From positions 1 to 64,000 of the IMG/VR virus record IMGVR_UViG_3300005573_000072: DNA of 64,000 nt. The stretch is one strand, 5' to 3'. This DNA is from a virus. Under the pieces are notes generated by a model that did no database searches, had not been told where the DNA came from, and was given only the letters and a program-made list of their open reading frames with translations. The position numbers and the translations under genes were made by a program. Shown here one piece after another: positions 36,066 to 45,788 of the stretch (positions within the stretch are counted from its first letter, which is position 1; each line of letters opens with the position of its first letter).

Positions 36066-39000
36066 TTAACAACATCCCTCCTTCATACATTGAGGCCAAA
36101 AATTGCCGCTCCGCTTTTGCTCTACTATCTAAATTAAGCGAAATTGAAACTGAAGGATCTTCTGTGCTATAAGATATATTTATAGCATTCACAAAGTAAT
36201 AATCATCAATTTTCCCTATTGTATCTATAATTCTGAGTGTTGTAGTTGGTTCAATTTCATAGAAAGGGTAACTTAATTCAAGAGATGCAACCTCTGCACC
36301 TTCTATTTCATTGTAATATTCTCTATAAGCTGTTAATTCAGCATCTCTAACTACTTCAACGGAACTTTCTTCTACAAGTTTATATCTAACACCAAATCTT
36401 GTCAAACAATCAACATCAACAACTTCTCTTTTTATTCTCTGATCCTTCATCTCAGCATATACTTCTACCCAATTTACATATTCCATAGGATCATAAGAAC
36501 GAGTAAAAGATGAAAATGCAGAGTTACTTATTGTTAATGCATTACCTTCGAATATGTTAGGTTCCCACACGAAATTACCATTTCTATCAAAATACCAACG
36601 CATATTAAATCTTTTGGCCATTTGATTTAAGAATTCCAACGCAGATTTACCTTGTTCCCAAATTACAAAACCTATTAATGGATTTCTATAACCAGATTCA
36701 ATGATATTTACATTAAATACTCCTTGGCTAGCCTTATACAATACATCTTTTACGATATCAATATCTGTCTTTTCATATTCATTCATATCTGTCCTCAAAA
36801 CCCTCGGGTTAGCAATTCTACACATTGCAGAAGCTATAAATTTCAACAAATATGATTTATAAACTTTGCTAATTCTACCTACCCCAGTATTATAAATTAC
36901 ACACCCATTCTTTAAAATAATTCCACGAATTGTTTTAGCAATCATATCCAAATCGAAAGCAATTGTATACCATGTATTTAAATCAAGATTCACATATTTA
37001 GCGTTTATCTTCTCCGAACCATCATAAAGTTGTATCTTTGAACCATCATATTCAACCCCCACATCATTTATTCCTAGAGAAAAATATCCATTATTTATTA
37101 GTTTCATATCCAGCAAAACCCTTACTCTTGGATAAGCGGCGAAATTTTTTGATTTTATAATACTGGAAGAATTAACTCGGTGCTCTGCAATCCCTTCATT
37201 TGGATAAACCTTAAAATTATTCAAATCACCAATCCATAATGTAGAACTAAGGCTCGAAGGAATCACTAATTGTCTCTGATCTAACATAACTGAATAATTA
37301 TCTCGAAAATTATCCACAAATAACTGTATGGGAGATGCATATAAATATACTTCAGGTGCATTAAACTTATTCAATTGATAACCTAACCCATACACATTTA
37401 TATTGAATATATTTTCCTCGCTAGTTAATGAATCTTCCGTCGCCCCGATTATTCCAACAAATACATTATCATATTTAGGTGTATCACCGGGTAAAAATCT
37501 TGCCATCTTAGCTTTCACTAAACGGGGTTTCCTATCGAACCAACTTCTTGGAATTGTCCAATAAAGAGCATCAGAAGGATTTCTTAAATCACTTCTATCC
37601 GTCAAAGCCATGATAGTTAGAGACATTCTATCAGCACTCGATTCAAGATTTCTATCAAAATTAAATGAGGTTACAATATCACTTATATCAACAACTGTAG
37701 AAGAATCCAATAATTCACGTCGATAAACATAAGACTGACCTTTCTTCGCAAGAAAGGCAATAATAGTATCTTTACAAGGAATCCATTTCAATACCATTTC
37801 ATCGCTTGACGGAAGCAATAAAGCTGAACTAACGTGCTCAGGATGATAAGTCATTAAATATTTACAGTCTAATTTATAATTATCCGATTTTGTAACTAAA
37901 TTATGTGTTATATAACAACGATTATATAAATCTCTGTCAATTGCAATATTTTGGAAATATGTCTGGCCATTAACAGATGGCAACCGCATCAATTCCTTAG
38001 ATTCCCAACTATCAGGAGCAAGAGATAGAGAACTATTAAGAGTAAATAGCATCAATCTCAAAATATTATCAGCCGTTAGTCTTTGTGCTAAAGCCCGTAA
38101 AGCCCCATCATGCTCAAAAAATGTTATTTTAGCCGGTGCTGTTGTCAATGCTTCTGTCCAAAATATATATTGTTTGCTTGCTGTTTCTGAATTCCAATCT
38201 GTCGGATTACCAGACCAATTCAACCTGCAGTGCATGTTTGCACTTCTCCCGCATTCTTTAAAATAAATTCTAATATTAGATATTTTAATATAAGCACTTT
38301 CACCAGGCGATGGATTACCCCCACCATTATAATAAAGCCTAAATGAAAAACCTTTTACCTCACCATTAAAGTATACATCTTTATCTTTAACATTTCGACT
38401 CTGTGAATCCATAAAAACAGTAGCCTGTTCATCATTACATATTCTAAATTGCCACCCAGAAGGCAAATTGGTTTCATAATCAAAAACAATAGCTCTGATA
38501 GTACTATCTTTCTCCAAAGCTCTCCATCGCATTTGAGCTTCCCAACCAGTTTGGTATGTAATTCCGCTTTTTGTTCTTATTAAACAATATTCGGGTTTAT
38601 TAACATAAAACCAATTATTAAAAACTCCCTGCTGAATATCATCTCCACCTTCCCAGAATTGCATATCAATTCCTAACAATTGGCGGAAAGGAGCCTGAAA
38701 TGCAATAGCCATTAATTCATGATATTTAGTTTTTGATGTATTTATAAACAACCCTCTTGCTTTTGCATCTGGTATTGATGCCTGAAATTCCCATTTATTC
38801 GGTAAAATAGAGCCATTAGATAATTTCACATATAATCTATTCCAACCAGCATATAGTTGCAAATTAACCGAGAATTCATTCACACTTAAAGGTCTTGTGT
38901 CTCGCTTTTCAGCAATTAATCTACCAGTAAAACTATTTTCACCCTCCCTTAGAAGATAAATTTTAACTCCATCATCACAACCAAAATTCATTGTAATATT

Positions 39001-41241
39001 CATATCATCAGGTGAATAAATATATGTGCATAACCAAGCAACACAATTCAGAGGACTTTGGCTACCCCACAAATCCATCATATCAATTTTATAAGGATTG
39101 GGGCTAAAATATTTCACCCAAGTTTTACCATTTTCAACTAAACCAACAACAGGCTCATTAGCTGGATTAACTTGATCTGTTGAATCTAGCGCAGCATTTG
39201 CATTTGAATAACCGTCCCAATAACCAATAATTAACCAATCTTGAATATTTTCATAGAAGACGTTTTCTCTAAAATCACAAACAAATGCATCACCAAATAT
39301 GATACTTGAATACTTATCCCATATAGATTTATCCGATGCGATAAAATACCATATCCAATAATCATATAAGCTTGTGCTAATATCTTTGTTTCTTGCTGAA
39401 ACAATTATATTATTTATAATTATCTGTGGTAATGAAATATAAAATTCACCTGCCGACCAATTATTCTGTGCACATTGTAACTGAATTCCCCAACTAACAT
39501 AATTATCATCCATTAATGATTTTTCTATAGTAGTCCCTGTATAATAATCAGTATCTGAATCATTGCCTTGATAATCCCAATATTGACGAGAACCATTCTC
39601 TTTAACCGCAAAAACCCTAAATCTCCAAGAAGAAGGTAAACAAGAATAAGAGATATCAAATTTTATGGAATTGAGATAAACATTAATTGGAAATGCGCTA
39701 TTAGAATTAAATAACCATTCAACTTGCCAGCCATTATTATAAACAATATTACTTTTTGCACTTAATTGTAATGCATCCTTGCGACGATTCGTTCCCCGTA
39801 TTTTCTGATAATACCAATTATTCAGATTTTCCTGTGTTACAGGGGCGTCAGCAATATTAATCCGATATGCATTCACATTCGTCAAACCAATAAAATCATC
39901 AAGTGTATTATGATAGAGAGAAGTAAAATTAATCTTCACCTCATATTTATCGCTTACATCCGTCCTAAAAACTTCTAAATTCATAGAGGGAGAAGTTATT
40001 GTTTTCTCAAACTTCCATTGTGTTTCACCATATTTCCTGCTATATATATCAAGCGTTAATAGTTCATTTGTGTCAGAACCTCCCCATCCATGAACTAAAG
40101 TAAGAGAAGATCCTTCAAATGAAACCACAGCTGAACGCAGACTAGTATCCATTAAATTAATTTGCCATACTCTATAATCAGTCGTTATATCACCCTCTGG
40201 TTTTATTCCTTCCCAATTACCCGAAAATACTATATTACCGAATAATCCCGCATTTTCATGATCAACATCATAATAAGCGGTTTTAGTTCCAGAAGGCGTA
40301 TGATAAATATAATATTTATTTTCTAATGAAACAGTGATTGAACCATCAAATAAAGTCGTTCTAGTCCAATTAGTTGACCAAGGATCCGGAGATGTAGCAA
40401 TCTTTAATTCCTTACCTTTTTTGTCCATATAAGTTACCCAATATACAGGCCCATTTTTACCATTCGCTAAATAATTTATCCTGAATGGCTGATTTGCATC
40501 ATAACCTAATCCCCCAGTAACCTCAAGAGAGGCTTGGTCACTGATTAAAGAATTGGTTGTTGGATTATATTTATATAAATAAATTCCATAAGTATAAGCA
40601 TTATCTATAATTTTGCCAACACCGAGAATTACCAAATTTTCATTGATTCTACAAGCATCAAACACATAAGAATTATTAACATTCATTGGATTACCGGAAA
40701 AATTAACTTTGGTATCAAGCATAGATATATTAGACCAATAACGATTTTTCGTTTCGATATATAATTTTGCATCCATATTAATAACTGCATTATCTGTTAC
40801 TTCAATCAAATTATCTGGCAAGTCATAACCAGAAGTCACAAAGAAATTAAACTCAAAACTATATAAAACAATTTTAATATTGCTAGTATCGCGGCTAAAA
40901 TTAAACTTCACTTCTACATAACGAGCTACAGGAAGATCTGTTAAAGAAGATGTTGAAGAAGACCAATTATTTTTATCTTCAGATGACCTGAATTCAACTG
41001 AAATATTTCCATTTCCGTTTTTATAGCAACCAATTACATAATCCTTATAATCAGAAATTGAATCACCTAAATCAATAATTATTTTAAAATAACCTGTTAA
41101 ATTGCTTCCGTCAAGATTTATTCCCAAATATGGGTGTTCATGAACATAAATAAGATTCTCTGATATAATTCTATTAGACCATAAATTTTCGTATTCTAAT
41201 TTTCTTTGAGATTCACTGAAATAAAGTGCCATATACACCAC
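36043..41241 (-). CDS. Baseplate hub/Tal-like protein with accessory domains
   Basis: C-terminal hub-like segment (WYFDRNGNF, VNWVEV, FGVR). GCDDGVKIY...LYAGWN.L.VK resembles a PA14-like insert. Follows the Dit-like gene. Confidence 0.6.
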   Translation of the reverse strand: MVYMALYFSESQRKLEYENLWSNRIISENLIYVHEHPYLGINLDGSNLTGYFKIIIDLGDSISDYKDYVIGCYKNGNGNISVEFRSSEDKNNWSSSTSSLTDLPVARYVEVKFNFSRDTSNIKIVLYSFEFNFFVTSGYDLPDNLIEVTDNAVINMDAKLYIETKNRYWSNISMLDTKVNFSGNPMNVNNSYVFDACRINENLVILGVGKIIDNAYTYGIYLYKYNPTTNSLISDQASLEVTGGLGYDANQPFRINYLANGKNGPVYWVTYMDKKGKELKIATSPDPWSTNWTRTTLFDGSITVSLENKYYIYHTPSGTKTAYYDVDHENAGLFGNIVFSGNWEGIKPEGDITTDYRVWQINLMDTSLRSAVVSFEGSSLTLVHGWGGSDTNELLTLDIYSRKYGETQWKFEKTITSPSMNLEVFRTDVSDKYEVKINFTSLYHNTLDDFIGLTNVNAYRINIADAPVTQENLNNWYYQKIRGTNRRKDALQLSAKSNIVYNNGWQVEWLFNSNSAFPINVYLNSIKFDISYSCLPSSWRFRVFAVKENGSRQYWDYQGNDSDTDYYTGTTIEKSLMDDNYVSWGIQLQCAQNNWSAGEFYISLPQIIINNIIVSARNKDISTSLYDYWIWYFIASDKSIWDKYSSIIFGDAFVCDFRENVFYENIQDWLIIGYWDGYSNANAALDSTDQVNPANEPVVGLVENGKTWVKYFSPNPYKIDMMDLWGSQSPLNCVAWLCTYIYSPDDMNITMNFGCDDGVKIYLLREGENSFTGRLIAEKRDTRPLSVNEFSVNLQLYAGWNRLYVKLSNGSILPNKWEFQASIPDAKARGLFINTSKTKYHELMAIAFQAPFRQLLGIDMQFWEGGDDIQQGVFNNWFYVNKPEYCLIRTKSGITYQTGWEAQMRWRALEKDSTIRAIVFDYETNLPSGWQFRICNDEQATVFMDSQSRNVKDKDVYFNGEVKGFSFRLYYNGGGNPSPGESAYIKISNIRIYFKECGRSANMHCRLNWSGNPTDWNSETASKQYIFWTEALTTAPAKITFFEHDGALRALAQRLTADNILRLMLFTLNSSLSLAPDSWESKELMRLPSVNGQTYFQNIAIDRDLYNRCYITHNLVTKSDNYKLDCKYLMTYHPEHVSSALLLPSSDEMVLKWIPCKDTIIAFLAKKGQSYVYRRELLDSSTVVDISDIVTSFNFDRNLESSADRMSLTIMALTDRSDLRNPSDALYWTIPRSWFDRKPRLVKAKMARFLPGDTPKYDNVFVGIIGATEDSLTSEENIFNINVYGLGYQLNKFNAPEVYLYASPIQLFVDNFRDNYSVMLDQRQLVIPSSLSSTLWIGDLNNFKVYPNEGIAEHRVNSSSIIKSKNFAAYPRVRVLLDMKLINNGYFSLGINDVGVEYDGSKIQLYDGSEKINAKYVNLDLNTWYTIAFDLDMIAKTIRGIILKNGCVIYNTGVGRISKVYKSYLLKFIASAMCRIANPRVLRTDMNEYEKTDIDIVKDVLYKASQGVFNVNIIESGYRNPLIGFVIWEQGKSALEFLNQMAKRFNMRWYFDRNGNFVWEPNIFEGNALTISNSAFSSFTRSYDPMEYVNWVEVYAEMKDQRIKREVVDVDCLTRFGVRYKLVEESSVEVVRDAELTAYREYYNEIEGAEVASLELSYPFYEIEPTTTLRIIDTIGKIDDYYFVNAINISYSTEDPSVSISLNLDSRAKAERQFLASMYEGGMLLNERTQGS

Positions 41242-41242
41242 C

Positions 41243-41626
41243 TTATTCTAATTTTCCAACACCAGTAAATATTATACTTCCTTCATATTCGCTTGGAACT
41301 GTTGCTACTATTTCACTAAATTCAAAACTTGTTATTCGCCCTATTAAAACTTCTCCATTGTGATCTTGCAAAGCAAACCTATGGCCAGAATAATACCTAT
41401 CACGAAGCTCTAAATAAAAACTACGAGAAATTCTAGGCCAACGCATTATTCTTTTTTCTTTCGCAAAAGGAAATTTTATAACAATCCTTGAACCATCAGA
41501 TGCCTTAACTTCTTGGAATGGTTTATCTTCCTCGATTGAATATTCTTCAGGATTTATCTCAAACGTCAATTGTGGAAAAGGATTATTATCTTCAACATCT
41601 GCCAATTTAAATCTCCAATCAGACAT
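41243..41626 (-). CDS. Distal tail (Dit)-like protein
   Basis: TFEINPEEY...ASDG pattern, size and position. Confidence 0.5.
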   Translation of the reverse strand: MSDWRFKLADVEDNNPFPQLTFEINPEEYSIEEDKPFQEVKASDGSRIVIKFPFAKEKRIMRWPRISRSFYLELRDRYYSGHRFALQDHNGEVLIGRITSFEFSEIVATVPSEYEGSIIFTGVGKLE

Positions 41627-44600
41627 TTATACCTCCTGTTTCACCGTAAAAGTCTTAACCAAATAATCACCACTTGGTGTTACATTACCTAATTCATCAG
41701 TAGCCCTAAATTTCACTATATATTGGCCATTCGTTAAATTTGTTTTTACGAAAGACCAAGAAACGGGTGAAGAACCACTTGAACCATTTATTACTGTCCA
41801 GCTATAATTTGGATTATCAGCTCGATATAATTGATATTCTACTTTACTTATATTGGAATATTCATCATAAGCAGTTCCACTAATAGCTATGGATGTTCCG
41901 CTTACATATTCTGGCAAATAAGTAATATCAATATATGGAGCGGTATTATCAAATAAAACATTTACTGACGTTCCTGAAGTATTACCTGCTATATCATATA
42001 ATGTATAACCAACCTCTCGATAACCATCTGCATATTCTTTTGTGTCTAAATAATAACTCGAACCAGATTCAACAAACGTCTTATATTGTCCATCTACATA
42101 TATATCAAATTTATTATAACCAGATTCATTGTCTGTTCCAGAAGCACAAATTTCGATTTTATCCCGCCATTTCACTGTTGATGGACTAAATCCAGCTAAT
42201 AAAGGAGAAGTATTATCAAAACAAATCAAATTTGAATTCTTCACTGTAGTAAGATTATTGATATATTCCATTAACAAAGAAGGGTTATTTATTAAACCAG
42301 TTATATAGTTGAGCTCCTCCTGGCTAGCCGCATAGCCGCGGAGGATGATGGGGAGGATTAGACCATTAAAATGATATGCCTCGCTGTAACTGATACCAAC
42401 TTTAAAATTTTGTGTTTGTGATTCTCTTGATATCACTGGACCTGAATAATAAGTTATTGGTGTTTGTCCATTAAAGGACATTCGCATTGTTGTTCCCGCC
42501 ATTGATGCGGCGAACACATTAAATCCTTGATTCCATGAATAGTTCCCATAACTAGATTTGAAATAACGAATATTACCATTTGCATCCGCAAATGCAAAGT
42601 TAAAGTTGTTATCAGTGTATTTAAACGCAAGAATAACATTTGACAGTTGATTGTTCGTCGAAAATAAATAGTGATTCACTCCATCATTCGCAGCCCACGG
42701 ATTCCAACATAGATAAATAATGGTAAAATCCTCACCTGGTGAAATAGGAGGTGGAAAGGTGGCATGGCATGCCGTAGCTTCCTGCGGGATGAAGGGAAGG
42801 GGGTTGGATCCTTGGACAAGGATTGCGCAATCGACATCAAAAGCTGCGCCCGCTGGGGGGCTGCTTGAACCATCAGAGGCATAAAAGAATATAGCCGCAT
42901 TAGCAGTTGTTCTTCCGCTTCTCATTGTGAATGTGGCGGGTGGAAGCATTTGCCAATTATTTGTTATAGTTATTGCCTGCCCAACGCTCCCAGCATAATC
43001 TGGAGCATAGTCATATATTGAGCTTCTTGCCCGACAATTTAATGCCAAATCATTCGCTGCCTTCACAAAAGCGTAAAAGGTGTAAGCGGTATTATCATTC
43101 GTAATTGATAGAACGTTTATTACTAGATATTTATAACCAGATTCCTCTAAAACAATAGCCCGCAAATTCTTCGTTCCATGTAAGCCGCCACCAACAACAT
43201 TTAAGTTGGTCCTTATTCCAACCCAATTACCAACTGTTCCATTTTCAAATGTGGTGTTGTCTATTCCGCCCGAAAGCCCGGCCAGAAGATTAATTGTGGC
43301 GGCGGAAACTCTAAATGCATTCAAATTTAAATTAGGAAATTTAGGATAATCATCTTGCCATTTCTCTTCTCCTATACGAGTAGAACCACCAGTAATTGTG
43401 CCTTTACTATTTGATCTACCTTTATTAACTGCTTCATTAATCAAATAATTTCCAGATCGCTTCATATTGAAAGAAAGATTTTTGATGGTTCCCATATACC
43501 AAAATTTTTTCTTTCCTTTAAACAATTGAAGTTTTTCATTTATAACTTGATAAGGGTCTTTTCCTATATAATTATTTATATTGCTCAATTGATTAAGCTC
43601 CTCCTGACTGGCTGCATAACCACGGAAAATTATGGGGAGGATAAGAGCATTCGCACTATTTGGGAGATTAATCATTTGAGGCAACGAAGATTCCAATGTT
43701 GTAGCTATAGGCGATTTGCTCACATAACTGAGGTCAGAGCACAACCGCTTAACAATGCGGTGATTGTTTGTGTCCGCAATATAGAGGTACGTGCCGTAGG
43801 GGATGATACCGCTAGGATAATAAAACTGGTCGTTGCCGGAACCGTAACTGCCAATCTTTGCTACATAACTAAGGTCAGAGCACAACCGCTTAACAATGCG
43901 GTGATTGTACATGTCCGCAACATAGAGGTACGTGCCGTCGGTGGTGATGCCGCTAGGATAATAAAACTGGTCGTTGCCGGAACCTTGACTTCCAATCTTT
44001 GCCACGTAACTGAGATCAGAGCACAACCGCTTAACAATGCGGTTGTTGTATGTGTCCGCAACATAGAGATATGTGCCGTCGGTGATGACGTCATAAGGAT
44101 AATAAAATTGGTTGTTGCCAGAACCGTATAATACTCCATCCGAATCGGCACTCACTCCGTCTACCGATAACCTCAATTCAACCTCGCCCGATTTTTGTAG
44201 GCGAGAAAATGCGAGAACATGGAATCCCATCCCTATTGTGGAGTTGAAGAAACGACATTTTCCTGCGATACCGTTTGAGAAACCGAAGGAAATCCGATTG
44301 TCTAATGTTTCCAATTTCCAGCCACTATTGTTGGCTATACAACTCATGAAGGTTTTCGAAAGGTTGAGCGTACTGGCGGGTTGCCATACAAATAACAATC
44401 CGGTAATTGCCTCTCCCGGATTGTGCGGTGTAGGGAAATTCGCCGATGATGCAGTGGCTTCCTGTGGGACGAAGGGGAGGATAGATGAACCGCTGGTGAG
44501 CATGACGCTATCCAGATAGAATTCGCATGGGAACGCTGTAGGTTGTACATAGAGATAGCGGTTATTATCACTGCTGAAGGTTTTGGTAATAACTGACAAT

Positions 44601-45361
44601 CCTTCGGAAGTAATTGTGTTTCCCCATGTTGCGCCGCTGACATCTCCTGCTAATCCTATTTTCACACCACCCGATACTACTTTGGCCATAAATTGTGCGG
44701 TATACTGGGCATTACTGGTAATGCTCGTGAGATTAAGATAAATTGGGCTGCCGGGATCGGAACCATATGCGATATGGAGCGATTTATTTCCATGTGTGGC
44801 CCAAGCGGAAGATATTTCCTGTATAGTTGGAGTGCCAGGAAATATCCAGCCGCCAAAACCCGAGCCTTCAAACGTTGTGTTTTGTATACCGCCTGAAAGT
44901 CCCGCTAATAAATTAGTAGTTGCAGCTGAAGCTCGTAATCCCCGAAAAGTATATCCTGGAAATTTATGAAAATCATCTTCATATTTATCTCTCCCTGTCC
45001 TAGTTGAACCACCAACTAAAACCGCATCTAATGGTCTATCCCCTGATGGTGTAATTGTTCCTCCAGAGGAAAAATATCCTGCTTCTGAAGAAACATAGCT
45101 TCCACAATCAGGAATAGTTTGCCATCTACTCTGAAAAGCATTCACCATATAATCGCCAGAACTGATTAAATCACCACTATTTTCATAAGGTAAAATCCTT
45201 ATTCCAACTATATCATCATTTATACTCCAAGAATAATGTAAATTACAGCCACTAAATAGATAAGTACCACTATCATAATAAAGATAAGCCTTTGGTTCCG
45301 TTACATACCATCCATGATTTCCATCAGGAAATAAAGGGATGAATTTTGCATTTACACCCAT
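41627..45361 (-). CDS. Mosaic tail adhesin/receptor-binding protein (duplicated module, NHL repeats, C-terminal Ig-like domains)
   Basis: Internal duplication, three NHL repeats, and DIAGN / DELGN Ig-like ends. Confidence 0.7.
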   Translation of the reverse strand: MGVNAKFIPLFPDGNHGWYVTEPKAYLYYDSGTYLFSGCNLHYSWSINDDIVGIRILPYENSGDLISSGDYMVNAFQSRWQTIPDCGSYVSSEAGYFSSGGTITPSGDRPLDAVLVGGSTRTGRDKYEDDFHKFPGYTFRGLRASAATTNLLAGLSGGIQNTTFEGSGFGGWIFPGTPTIQEISSAWATHGNKSLHIAYGSDPGSPIYLNLTSITSNAQYTAQFMAKVVSGGVKIGLAGDVSGATWGNTITSEGLSVITKTFSSDNNRYLYVQPTAFPCEFYLDSVMLTSGSSILPFVPQEATASSANFPTPHNPGEAITGLLFVWQPASTLNLSKTFMSCIANNSGWKLETLDNRISFGFSNGIAGKCRFFNSTIGMGFHVLAFSRLQKSGEVELRLSVDGVSADSDGVLYGSGNNQFYYPYDVITDGTYLYVADTYNNRIVKRLCSDLSYVAKIGSQGSGNDQFYYPSGITTDGTYLYVADMYNHRIVKRLCSDLSYVAKIGSYGSGNDQFYYPSGIIPYGTYLYIADTNNHRIVKRLCSDLSYVSKSPIATTLESSLPQMINLPNSANALILPIIFRGYAASQEELNQLSNINNYIGKDPYQVINEKLQLFKGKKKFWYMGTIKNLSFNMKRSGNYLINEAVNKGRSNSKGTITGGSTRIGEEKWQDDYPKFPNLNLNAFRVSAATINLLAGLSGGIDNTTFENGTVGNWVGIRTNLNVVGGGLHGTKNLRAIVLEESGYKYLVINVLSITNDNTAYTFYAFVKAANDLALNCRARSSIYDYAPDYAGSVGQAITITNNWQMLPPATFTMRSGRTTANAAIFFYASDGSSSPPAGAAFDVDCAILVQGSNPLPFIPQEATACHATFPPPISPGEDFTIIYLCWNPWAANDGVNHYLFSTNNQLSNVILAFKYTDNNFNFAFADANGNIRYFKSSYGNYSWNQGFNVFAASMAGTTMRMSFNGQTPITYYSGPVISRESQTQNFKVGISYSEAYHFNGLILPIILRGYAASQEELNYITGLINNPSLLMEYINNLTTVKNSNLICFDNTSPLLAGFSPSTVKWRDKIEICASGTDNESGYNKFDIYVDGQYKTFVESGSSYYLDTKEYADGYREVGYTLYDIAGNTSGTSVNVLFDNTAPYIDITYLPEYVSGTSIAISGTAYDEYSNISKVEYQLYRADNPNYSWTVINGSSGSSPVSWSFVKTNLTNGQYIVKFRATDELGNVTPSGDYLVKTFTVKQEV
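43720..44130 (-). repeat. Three 141-bp tandem repeats encoding NHL blades
   Basis: TCAGAGCACAACCGCTTAACAATGCGGT recurs with a 141-bp period; peptide GSGNDQFYYP.GI..DGTYLYVAD..N.RIVKR. Confidence 0.95.
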
Positions 45362-45364
45362 TTT

Positions 45365-45775
45365 TTATGTTACCTCCTCTTGAGGAAACTCCACCACAAA
45401 AGTTCTATTACTTAACTTAGAAATAGCTTCGATAACTTTATTCTTTCTTTGCTCCATTTCATTAGCAAGTAATAATTCTTTTTTTAATTCCTCTTCTGTT
45501 TTTTCAGGCAAAGTATCTAGCACAAATTCCGCAGATATTTTTTTATCGAGTCGCTCTTTAATCTGTCCCTCTATTTGTTCTTCTACACTAATATTCTCTT
45601 TTTCCCAAAATAAACGAGCAGCAGTATTTAAAATACCTTCCTCAACTTTCACTTCGCCAGTTGCTTCATCTATAAACCCAAAATGTTGTACCAAAACTTT
45701 TTCATTCTTCTCATTATACACTTCGGTAACTAGTAATAGGCCATCACGATAGGTATTTCCTAAACGAAGTTCCAT
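45365..45775 (-). CDS. Hypothetical protein
   Basis: RBS present; lies between the tape measure and the adhesin. Confidence 0.65.
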   Translation of the reverse strand: MELRLGNTYRDGLLLVTEVYNEKNEKVLVQHFGFIDEATGEVKVEEGILNTAARLFWEKENISVEEQIEGQIKERLDKKISAEFVLDTLPEKTEEELKKELLLANEMEQRKNKVIEAISKLSNRTFVVEFPQEEVT

Positions 45776-45788
45776 ACACTATCACCCC

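Noticed and set aside
43526-44519. + strand ORFs of 201 and 135 aa
   Set aside because: Antisense shadows of the GC-rich NHL/adhesin coding region.
41627-45361. Diversity-generating retroelement TR/VR pair or invertase shufflon
   Set aside because: No reverse transcriptase or invertase in the window. Repeat differences are not adenine-specific and the repeats are direct and in frame.
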